Positions 25,067-36,600 of a stretch of 64,000 nucleotides of DNA are shown in pieces. The notes below the pieces were generated by a model. That model was not told where the DNA came from, searched no databases, and saw nothing but the letters and a program-made list of their open reading frames with translations. Origin of the DNA: Phoronis australis. Lineage: Eukaryota > Animalia > Phoronida. Each line of letters begins with the position of its first letter. Within the stretch, counting starts at the first letter, position 1. Location: assembly GCA_002633005.1 (NCBI GenBank), contig NMRA01000387.1, positions 297,017 to 361,016 of the forward strand, given 5' to 3'. A program made the translations under genes and the position numbers.

Positions 25067-26079
25067 TGCAACTTTTGGATTGAGTAATGGTTTTGTAATC
25101 CCTGTACATTGAACATGGTGAATTTGTTACTGTTTGACAATTACGCTGTAAACGCTTGTATTATTACTGTCCGGTACGACTGTAGAATTTTAGTTGTAGT
25201 CCGTTTAGTAAAAGTCTTGGTTTTACATAAATGTTGAGTATTTAGTACTGAAGTGGAACTGTTTGGTTGTCTCTGGTTGTGTTCTGATGTTCATCAGGTG
25301 GAGCAGTTGTAATTTCCCCCCGATCGACATTTGTGGAGGTGGGTCAGGTGATATGCACAGGGAGTTCATGATTATGAGTTTCCAGGTCTGTGAATGCGTA
25401 CGCGTGTGTCGAGAGAATGGTGCACATTGGCTATTGTATCACTATCGTATCATTGTGCTGTAAACTTGATAAAATGTGTGCACTTTGTAATTTTAAATTA
25501 TGAACTTTCCATTTATTAAAATTTGTATAAATTGATGTCGTGTTTTATTAAAACACTTGAAAATCAACAATTAATATTAGATTATTACTGAAAGTTGTTT
25601 CCCACTTTGGATGAAAGATGTTGATCATTTGATGAACAGGGCTATATTTTGATTACCCCGGCAGTTGAAAACGCGTAGCTTTGTTTTTAGTCTTTTGAAT
25701 GCGGTGTGCGTATTGCTCTGGTAAATGTGCAATTGCCTTGAATTATGCCTCACTTGTTTAGTTCAGAAACCAGGCTAGGAAAAATTTTAATTTTCCAGAA
25801 TTTTCTGTTAAGATGTATAAAATCCAGAGACCTTTAGTCAAGAATCTGGCTGTAAAACCGTGAAACTACAGTCGGATAATCCCTAAGTCAGCTCTATAAC
25901 ACAAGTACCTCGCGAAAACTCGTTTCGTAAATCGACCTTTCCTAATAAACACCTAAAGAGAAATTCAACTGGAGTTTTTACGGCAAAAATGTCTACATTG
26001 TATAATGCTAGCGCGCTGCGAGATTACATAATCGCAATTATGACACTGCCCGCTGTAATGTTATGGGTATCCAATGAGC

Positions 26080-26116
26080 TATATATATATATACATACAT
26101 ATATATATATATATAT
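26080..26116. repeat. (TA)n microsatellite
   Basis: Direct TA/TACA run. Confidence 0.85.
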
Positions 26117-28630
26117 CTCATTGTGGGTACCTTCTTCGAAAACGAAAGTCTTGAAGTGACCGACGTACACTCTCACAGTGCTACGAAAGTGTGGCGTGTT
26201 GTTTAGCATGGCTTCTCATCTTTGGTTAAAATAATTAAACCGATGTTATAAGATTCAGTCATTCCCATTGGTTGAAATCTGGGAAACCCCTTTCAGTTTA
26301 CTATTACGTAGAAGGCCTACGGCGACCACCTTTGACTTGAATAGTTACGATATATTAGAACGGGCAGTGATCGAAGTAAACTAAATCAGGGGAACCCCGA
26401 GCCCGTGGCTAAGTCCAACACAAGTACAGTGCATTGAAGGTGTGTGTAAGTGGTGGCGATGTGATCGACCAAGCATGCGCATTCATGTCCACATACGGAA
26501 TTCCGTGCGTGTTTCATCACGTTTTCCACATTCAGGCCACTTTTCAGTATAGGTGGCGCTGTGTCAGAGGGCAGAAGTGACCAACTTCATCATTCCGATT
26601 CCAGTCAATGCTATTGCAAGGTTTCCACCTAGGACTAGCTATATTACTCCCAGGTTTGCTCTAAGAAGTCCCACCTACTTCCGCGACTGAATAGTTGACT
26701 GGAGTCGTATTTTATCCTTGGTTTATCTCTCTACATTGAATTTCTACTGTTTTCGGGTGAGCCTTTTGTTTTTCATTTGGATCATAGGGGGTACTAGGTG
26801 CGCGCCGGGATTCGCCAGACCAAGTAAAAAACGCCAACATGCCGTTTGTAGGATTTACACGGACATGTCTCTCAGAAAATTATGGTTGCACGTGTCTGTA
26901 CAAATGGAATCTAGTTTTCGAGTGCATAATAGGAGTGCTTTAAAATTCAGTGTGGATGTATAAGTACCACTGCCAAGTCTGTAGCCTAACGGCAAGCTCG
27001 ATGATGTGTCAATGAACAGTGACTGAACTACAACGTGCAACTGGTAATCACTCTTGGTAAAAAACAGGGGAAACTTAAGTTTCTATTTCATGTTTCATAT
27101 TTTCATTTTCTTAGTACTAGGGTACATGCATTTGAGTAGAGAGAGGGGTGTCCCTGGCATCACCTAACTGATCTGCATGCTACTGATATTGACGGCTAGG
27201 AGGCACAACCATGGACCCATTTGAAAATCAACGTCGGTCGTGCTCTTGTCAGTAACAACACCCAAGTCAATTTTGTGGTTATACAGAAGCTTGAGAGAAC
27301 AAAAAAATCTTAAAAAGTAAAACAATTATATCAGTACAGAACAGTAAAAACACTAAAAAAGTGGAGGACTATAGCGCCCTAGCCCCCCTGTGGCCTGCAC
27401 CGCCCATAGACCATGGGCAGCGCACTCCTCCCGCCGGCGTGCGCCGCCCATGCCAATTGACTATTATCGAGGTAAGAAGAATTTAATTAGTGAAACAATT
27501 AACGTGTAATTCATGCTGCTAACATTGAAATGTTTTTCATGTGTACAGTGGGGGTAAATTCGATATCTACACCCGCAGGCCTGGATGTGGATAAAAGCAC
27601 GCCTGCGGACAGGTTTCTGTAAAGGTCGATTGAAGCGCTGTTTACACCAGGCGAGAATCCGTGTGCTCTTAGTCACAGTGAGACACTTTCCGTCTTTAAC
27701 CCACAGGGAGTTCTGAAACAAACAACAGGAACCCTGTGGTCCATACGACCGTGTCACACACATGTGCGTCACAACAGACTTTTTTGACTCCTCTTACGTA
27801 ACAATTCGCATAAGGCAAACGACTACATATCCTGAGAACTTACCGAATATGGGACCATGGGATTCCATTATTTTTCATGCGTTTTTTGCCAATCAGCCAT
27901 ATAACAACAACGACAAGTAATGTCAACGTTGATCCAATCTTGGATGAGTGAACAACGAAGAGATAAACAACTGAACGAATAAATAAGTAAAAACACCACG
28001 TGTTTTAGAATTCAAAATGACAAACATAGAAAGCGTTTTCTTTTCCTATACAATTTGGATGTAGAGAATTTGTCGTTACAGGCGTCTGGTAGGTGTCCAA
28101 AGCTGTAGTCATTTCCAGAAAGTCACAGAATATACATGATTTGTCTAATGGGATCAACAGCATTTCAACTTCACCAAACATCTAAGCCCACATTTGGGAT
28201 GTGTATTTTCAAAATGTACAAAATCTCATATCGTTAACTTTGCTCAAGCCACTGATCAGTTTTGATCAGCTGTTCTCCACTGTCCCGTTAGAATCTCAAT
28301 GCAATGCTTATTATTCGAGATAAAAGTCATGCTTGCTGCCCAATTTCAATGCGTCTATTGGCACGAGTCTTGCAATAACGGCGTGTCAGTGAAAGTTTTT
28401 ATGGGTCAATGTTCAGGGACCGTGCTCCTGAAATTATTTCCGCGACGGCAATTAAAAATTAACAAGTCAACATGCTAAACATTTTGATTTTTAATAATTG
28501 ACGGCTCATAGCTTTCTAAAGAGACTTTTGGTAGTACACAGGTGCTTACAGTTCAATATTTCTCACCTGTTAATTTTACACGATGACGACCGCAGTACAC
28601 TGAAACAAGGCTTACAGAGGCCCAGCAGCA

Positions 28631-29652
28631 TTATAATGATGTCCGCCAATAAGGGCCACGTTTCAAAAAATTTGTGTTTGTTTGGCAATTGTTGCAGAAC
28701 GAAATTTTGAATCGGACTTTGACACGTTGATTGTCGTCAACTTTTTCAGTGTCGTCTTCATCTAGGTCGTCGTCATCCTCAGCATTTTCCATGTTCCTCT
28801 CATCCTCCTGTATGTCGTCGTCATCATCGTCGTCGTCGACAGCTTCTTCGACGTATCTCGCTACCTCCTGCACTGCATTGCCATAGTCTTCTTGTAATGC
28901 AATGATTGACTGACCTTCAGCGTTGACTGTGCTCATGTGAACAACGAGCAGCAGACTTAAGGCGAAGAACAGCGCCAACTGGAAATATACCGGAAATTTA
29001 TGACTGTAAGCCGCAGGGCATATATTCGGAAAATGGCATATTCTACCTTTATAGGTCACATATAAGCAAGGAGTTTACCATAGTACCGGTACTGTATGTA
29101 GTACTGTACTACACTCCTTGATATAAGCTCTAACTTAATTTCGGAAACAGAGGTTCTACTAACGGATAATGTGTGAACCACCATCTACATATTGATGAGA
29201 ACCAGTGTGAATTAGAGAGTTGGTAGTAAAATGCTACATGGAGAGCCCTGCACAAACCGTATAAAAATTTAATTGAGGCTCATATGCAAATTTCCGAGTT
29301 CACGCCCAGATATTTTAAGATGAAACAAGCTTAAGACAATTCAACACGCCAGATTATCACTTACGAGCGCTTCCTGGACACAATGTAAGGAATAAAGGCT
29401 ATTGATAAATTAAACTATTGCTTAAGACAATTCAACACGCCAGATTATACTTACGAGCACCCCCTGGAGACAATATGTAATGGATAAAGGCTACTGATAA
29501 CTTAAACTATTGCTTCGAATACACAATGACATCAAAATACACCAATAAAATACGCATGTGCAGCTACATGTACAAATCAAGACACACATTTGATTGGTGT
29601 TCTGAAAGGTGAAGAAGCCTCAGTTAGTGCACACTTACGATACCTGCTTCAT
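28631..29652 (-). CDS. Uncharacterised secreted pre-pro-protein, copy 1 (signal peptide, Asp-rich pro-region, cationic CNNC peptide); early stop
   Basis: Exon 1 ctcgccATG AAG CAG|gt (29652-29644) splices in phase 0 to ttccag|TTG GCG (28978): MKQLALFFALSLLLVVHMSTVNA-EGQ...DDDDDDDD...QRVKVRFKISFCNNCQTNTNFLKRGPYWRTSL*. Downstream donor at 28566 and acceptor at 28428 are conserved with copy 2. Confidence 0.75.
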
Positions 29653-29941
29653 GGCGAGTTTTCGAAATCTCCGAGTGTCAAGAAGTAAGGTGTGAACTAA
29701 AGACAGACACTGATCATTGAATACAGCTTCAGTTTAGATCTTTTTGTGAACGAAAATTGTGTCATAAATAATTATCAATGTCTAGATAGTGACAATTTCC
29801 CACTCCGGCGCACACAGCCAAGTGTGAAAACGAAAAATAGGTTTTATTCAGATGAGAATTATGACTTTGTTTTGACACAGAAAATCACGGACCATGTCTT
29901 ATGACCATATCACACACACAAAATACCACTTCTATCGTCGT

Positions 29942-30013
29942 CTCGCTGGTTCACGGCGTGCCGCTAGGTGGTCGCGACCACCGTGCTGGATAGGCACGTG
30001 GGGAATCAGCGAG
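29942..30013. mobile_element. 72-bp MITE, CTCGCTGGTT termini, 10-bp TSD
   Basis: TSD ctatcgtcgt/ctatcgtagt; empty site ctatagtagt at 49821-49830 in the paralogous unit. Confidence 0.8.
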
Positions 30014-31223
30014 CTATCGTAGTCAGCCGTGGTCTTCTCAACAGGAACACAGCTACCAATTTTCATTACGATACTTCGATCGAGCCTCGTGTCAGAGAAA
30101 AAGGCGGACGCCAAAAACAAACCCATAAATAATAAAAAATGTCAGGTGGTTGCAGAGCCCATCTGTCATCTTTTTTTAGATATCGATTTGCTGAATTTCA
30201 CGAGTATCCGTCGCGTGACTCCGAAGATACATAGGCACACGCAAAGTACTAAAATTGTCACTAGGGGGCACAGCGATAGGCGGATATGTCCAAAAGTTGT
30301 CGTCATTTCCTTTAAAAATACATCTGTCAGCTAGGGGACTTTGAAGATACAATGAACCATACAAAAACACATTAAATCAAGACACGCTCATAGTAAAATT
30401 TATGATCGACATATGTCCCGAATGATACGAGCGTCACAAGCTCGTTACCAGAGATGACAAGGAGACCGAGGTAGGCTGCCAAGCCGGAGCGGGGGGTGAT
30501 GTGGAGGTCGGCTGTAGACGGTTGCCAGTGGCCTAAGGATCTTTGGGAACAGAGGATTGCAGCAAAACTGTCCTGTACGGCAGCAGGCGTCAGTGTAGAG
30601 CTTGATACCGAGGATGAAACTAACTTGTCGAAGAGGAGAACGGACGGATGCAGTTGAAGTGGTGGAAATAATTCACATTGATACAAAATACTTGAAACCT
30701 AATCTGATTATAAGGGTACAATCTGTACAAATTTTCCAAACCAATTCACACTCCAATGTCATTACTTACTGACCGATGCGAATTGAATGGAAAGAGCAAT
30801 GAATGAGACATCAGCTGGAAAGGCCGTGAATAATACGCTTACAATGAAGTCACACATTTCTAAAGATATGTGGGAATTTTCACCGCTCGTCCTTCTGAGC
30901 GGTTTGAACCAGGATCAAAGAGAGCGCGGCGCTGGAACCAGGTACTATTGTGATGACCGCATTGCCCGATGCGAGCAAGACCCAATTAAATGTAATTATA
31001 CGACCATTATCTGACTGTACATAATGGCGAATTTTCAAAATGCATTAACCACTAATTTCGTTACAAACGAACACCACGGAGGTATTCAGCTGGAAAAAAA
31101 CAACCAAGTAGTTTCCATTTTTAAAATCGATGAACTAATAATCTGAAAACTAAAACCGTTGGGTACGATTGAAGATATACTATACTCGGTGGATATACAA
31201 ACGCTGATCAGAGTTAACAATAT

Positions 31224-31632
31224 TCATAGACATCACATAGACCGGGCGCGCGGCCATCAGATACATGCAGCTCGCGTTTTCAATATGACGCGATATTGGA
31301 GAGTGCTACACAGGACAAAAATGGCGGAAAACACTGGGAGCCCTACGGCATCAGTCAGAAAATGCGGGGGCTCGCAGAGTTATGCCTGCAGCCAAGGAGT
31401 TAAGTTTTTTGGTCCTGCCATTGAGTCAAGAGTTTTTTGGTTCGGCCATGGAGTTCAGTTACGTAGTGGTGCTGCAATTAGGTTTTTATGTTCTGCCAAC
31501 ATAGTTTAAGCGGAGCGACTATATAGGCCTACGTTTTTTCATAGATTATAGACAACATCAGTCTTGGTGATTAAGACCATATAAGATCAATTAAAAAGAT
31601 AATTTTTGACCACCATATGCTGTTATCCAATG
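31224..31632 (+). mobile_element. Dispersed repeat with CATAGA start, copy 1
   Basis: ~400-bp match to 39925-40302; absent from the paralogous unit. Confidence 0.75.
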
Positions 31633-33657
31633 TCAGACGATTGACGGTGGGTTTGTTTAAAAGGTAGCTATGCTTTGAGATTGTGCGTAGATGGAGAGTT
31701 AATAATTAAATCCAGTAATTAGTTATATGATAACCCCTAATTCGATAAGTGAAACCTGTTGTTAATTAAGAAATCAACTACAAAGAAGAGTAACACATTT
31801 TATATTTTGACAGTCACATTTACTTATTAGCTTTGAATTAGTATTCTATTTAAGGCATAAAAACAGGTTTTCTTGATAACTAATAGTTGTCAGATACAAA
31901 ATGATTATCGCTCTCATTCCCACCTATGATGCTTACCATCTTCAAAAGGAAGTGAAGATTTTAGGAGGTTGTTTTATATCTTTACTCAAATGTATTGAAA
32001 AGTTAGAATCCTAGAATATATTCCTAGCATAGCCTTACCTGTGGTGATTTCGTGCAAAAGGTTAATCGGAACATTTTAATTAAAAAATATTTAATTAGTA
32101 GCAAAATACCAATATAGCTTAAATACTGCAAAAGTTGATTCATTCTGAATTGATATCTTAGTCAGAAATTCAGAGCGTATGTCCAACACGTACGTCCATC
32201 ACGTACGTCCGCCACACTAACTCAACTTATATCGAGCTCTCTGATAACAATTTCGTAGAACATATCATCAAAAATCAGTGTGTTGTATTTTGCAAACATT
32301 GCACTAAATCATCATATAAAGCAAAAATTGTAACTTAATGCAACTCACAGAAAATTAACGTTAAAAATATTTTTTAAAGAAATTCAAATTCTCTGTGTAC
32401 GTCCGTCTCACACATTTAAAGGCAATTTTCTCAGTCAGATTAAAAGATAGGGGAAAAGTTGATACACTCTTTGAAAGCTATCAATGAGACCTATCAATTG
32501 ATGTATTAATTATTTTCCAAGGATGAACATTTTTTCACAGTTGATCAAATGTTCTCTGATTGTACGTCCGTCACAAATGGAATTGCCCAGTTAGAAACAC
32601 AATGTATAGCGACGATGTGAATATGAAATACCTTGAAAATTGCCAAATATTTTTAAGAACGAGTTTTATGTCGAATATGATCCGCCGTAAATCACTCAAC
32701 CGTGTCCAGTAAATATCGTGACGTGGGTGTTGGGGAATAACACTGCATGATGCGGGCTATGTGAGCACCAAGGAACGTAATTAGTGCAAAGGTCACGTCT
32801 TTCTGTTTTCACATTTTCAAATTGTCAATAAATACAACTTCACTTTGTCAAGCGTAGATGACGTTCAAATAACATTGTCGTTTAGTTCCTGCTAGACATT
32901 ATCCTAATTAAGAGCATGCAAATACATATTTAATTTGCTTTTCGACGGACTGTAATAAAAGAGTCCCAGAAGAGAAAATGCGGATCACTGAGTGATAAAG
33001 AATACTTTAATATTTACTGAAGCCTAAATGATACGTTCTCAAAAAAATTCAAAATCCGACATCAAGAAGCCGGTGATGGAAAACAAAATCTATCAAGTGT
33101 CCGAGAAGAAAAAAAATACTATTGTCATATTTGGCCTCCACTTTTTAAAGTGTCAACGAATTCATTCGTGTTATTTCACTTCCAACCCATCCTTACGTTT
33201 TTCTAGCTTAGAACGGAGCATTCGATTGGCAAATCAGTTTTTGACAAAAACCAAACCATGATCTGATAGTACAACAAGGAGCAAAATCATAATATATATT
33301 TCTGACTGGTAACAGCTAGTATTATATATTTTCTCAGAGTTGAAGCAATATGAAAGTCGGTCATAGTTCCCTCAAGACCCGCATGTTCCTGTTCCTTTAT
33401 TGGTATTATGACAAAAATGCGACAAAAAATAGGTATGTGATCTCGCATTACGAACGATTGTTCGATTATTTGTGTTTTTTGCTTACTGTAACTCCTGGAG
33501 CTCCAGGGCCTGTGCAAACATAAGATTGATTGGCGGCTTCCGCAAATGCGTACACTTTCAGATCAGGACACACTGGCGATGGCAAGGGGGCGTTGAAATT
33601 TGATATCTGCTTCCATATAATTTCACATGATTTCGTGGTGTAACAGTTATTAGGAAA

Positions 33658-36600
33658 ATGGGGTTTCGCGATTCAAAGTGTTTCCTCACTAGCACAGCAG
33701 TGATAACACGTGCGCTGTTTGTTATTTACGAAATCGTACTGATATGGAGTGTATACCACTCCAAGGACAATAAACCACTTTGGTGGTTGTTTATTTTCTC
33801 TGTGGTTCCTCCTGTGGCCGAGATGGTCATCGTAATCGTCTACAACGGCGGGAGAGAATGGAACAGGTAAGGGCAACGTATATGTTCACCTTTGGTGATT
33901 TCGTATCATGCACCATGTTTAATTTCACGGTGCATCTTTTGAGAGACAAGAAGCAAGAAGTATTATTACACCAATTAGCTTGACACTGTGCTGCTAACCT
34001 GTTCCTGCTGCGGACGTACGCCTGAGGTTTGTGAGACCTCATGCTGCTCTCGCACGTGCAGGGCTACAGGCACTTCGCGCGAGATTATGCAACAAGAGAT
34101 AGCGACCATAGACATCTTAAAGTGTACACAACATGACTCTAGTACCTCAAAGTAAATTTCATTATTATATCTTACTTGATTTCAGTGCTTTTAGTGCACA
34201 GCTCATAAAGAAACGCGCAAAAATTGAAAAAAATAATAATTATGTACAACGTCATGGGTTGAACCCAAGTCGTTCGCCATACTGTTCGGATCAGAGACAA
34301 AGTGTATAGAGTGAAGAGAAAGCAAAGTACATTTAGCGTCGAGAAGGTTCGTAGAGGGATCAAAAGATGTGTTTCCGGAGGCTGCAGCAACAGCAGCCAG
34401 GCGGAGAACGTCTCGGTGTTCCGGAGGACACCAAAGTTGCGCAGAAGTGGCATCGCTTCGTGCGCCGAACGAGAGTGTGGGACGTCATCGTGGACCAAGC
34501 GATTCGGTCCGGGGCCACTCTGTGTTCTGCCCACTTTGAGGACTCGTGTTTCGACTCCAGTCACAGGAGACGTTACGATGAAGGCCNNNNNNNNNNNNNN
34601 NNNNNNNNNNNNNNNNNNNNNNNNNNNNNNNNNNNNNNNNNNNNNNNNNNNNNNNNNNNNNNNNNNNNNNNNNNNNNNNNNNNNNNNNNNNNNNNNNNNN
34701 NNNNNNNNNNNNNNNNNNNNNNNNNNNNNNNNNNNNNNNNNNNNNNNNNNNNNNNNNNNNNNNNNNNNNNNNNNNNNNNNNNNNNNNNNNNNNNNNNNNN
34801 NNNNNNNNNNNNNNNNNNNNNNNNNNNNNNNNNNNNNNNNNNNNNNNNNNNNNNNNNNNNNNNNNNNNNNNNNNNNNNNNNNNNNNNNNNNNNNNNNNNN
34901 NNNNNNNNNNNNNNNNNNNNNNNNNNNNNNNAGACGTTTTGCCAGAGTGCAGACGATCAGTAGTATCACGTGACAACTTATTCAGAAACTGCAGGGCACG
35001 TTCAGAGAATCGAAAGGATATGACCGCGAGTGTCATCTGTGCACGCTGCATAACACTCGATCTATTTTCCTTTCGGTCCTCATTCGAAGACGGGAGTTTC
35101 TTTGACGGCAACAGGGACTTTTTCGACGGTTTTTAGGCTTGTGTAGGGGTTCGTTACTTTGGAGCAAATGTCGAGCAGACAATCTTAGGATCTACTTGTC
35201 TATGCGGCTAGCTTTTTAACTTGCCCATCGGGCAAGTACTTTTCAAATTCCACTTGCCCGACGCAAAATCTACATGTACACGGGCAATCGGGCAACCGTT
35301 AGTGTTGAGCCCTGCAATGTCTCACAAATTGAATGCTATGATTAGTTGAGGTCGTTCTTGCCCAACTATCGTCTCGCTTGCCGATTTAGAAGTTCAAATA
35401 ACTGATGCTTGACGATAACTAAAGAGCAAAATTAAACTTTAAAAATCAACTCCCCTAACCCTTGGTTGTTCATGTTTATAGGCTTAGGCAAGTCATAGGA
35501 CCTTGGCATTTATAAAATATTAATGCACAAAGTGCAAAAATGCAAGTCAAACGCAAGCAACGCGGAAGTAGGCCTAACTTGTTTTTTAGTACGTCTTTGC
35601 TGATCCTGGTCAGATTCATTATCAAAACCATTTTTCAGACGTCCAGATTTAGAACATTTTAGGAAGGTGGACAATAAAGGACACCCGTTCTTTAAAATAC
35701 TTTCAGAGCTTTTTGCCCACAATCAGTGACAGATGCTGCCGCCTTTTGTGACTTTTATGTATTTGTCATTGCAGCATGTTCTGTCCCAGCTTCTTCATAT
35801 TCCTGGCGTGTGTCACGCCCCAGTTGTGGCTCATTGAGCTCCACCACATAGAAAGAACGACCAGCAACATCACGGCAAACAGTAGCATTACATTCTCGGC
35901 ACAAATTGTAAGATCTTTTAATTGTCTTAGCGAGTTTTACTTCAACTGTTTGTTTTAACAAAGATCATACTTCCTGCGTAAGCAGCCGTGCGTTCAGTAG
36001 CGCTAGGACATACGCTAGGACCTAGCTAAAATCTAGCTAAAGTCACGTGTTCTCACTTAAAAAAGGCAACATCTCTTGCTTTTCAGCTTCATGAACCACT
36101 ATCAACTTCAACTCATTTTCAATCACGACATGCAGTCTGATCTGAAGGCAGACCAGACCTCTGATGTGCCGTTTGACAAAATTACATGTGAACGCTTTTC
36201 AGATGGCTATCCGCCTTTTGGTAATGCGACCCCAAATGAAATGTATGACTAGGAGAGCGTTCCATAAACCTAAACTCTTGCGAGAAAAGCAAAATCTCGC
36301 AAGACCTCGCGAAACCACGAAAGCGAATAGCGATTGTTTCACCAGTATGCTAGCCTTTCCTAGGAAAAATGGCGGTCCCTAAAACGATTGGTCGGCTGGA
36401 CAGTTGAACTATTGTATTGAATTCACCATTACATATGCGAAGATTTTCCCCACAGTGCACGCAATTGTATTACGATCTATGGAACGCAGCCCTGACTTCT
36501 TTGCGTGAGAACTGAGCCTTCGTAGGATGCTCTCAAGAACGTATTGGTTACGGTGCGTGTCACGACAAGTTTCACTACGGAACAGTGCATTTTCCGACGA

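Noticed and set aside
28979-29059. ORF-track N-terminus MTYKGRICHF... of the peptide gene
   Set aside because: Intronic read-through upstream of the ttccag acceptor; the supported start is the MKQ exon at 29652.
32719-32726. TGACGTGG (UPRE/CRE-like) site shared with 51642-51649
   Set aside because: Sharing between recent duplicates is not evidence of function for an 8-mer.
34172-35111. Long ORFs spanning N gaps (also 55785-56247)
   Set aside because: Lengths are inflated by Ns; only the THAP fragment is interpretable.
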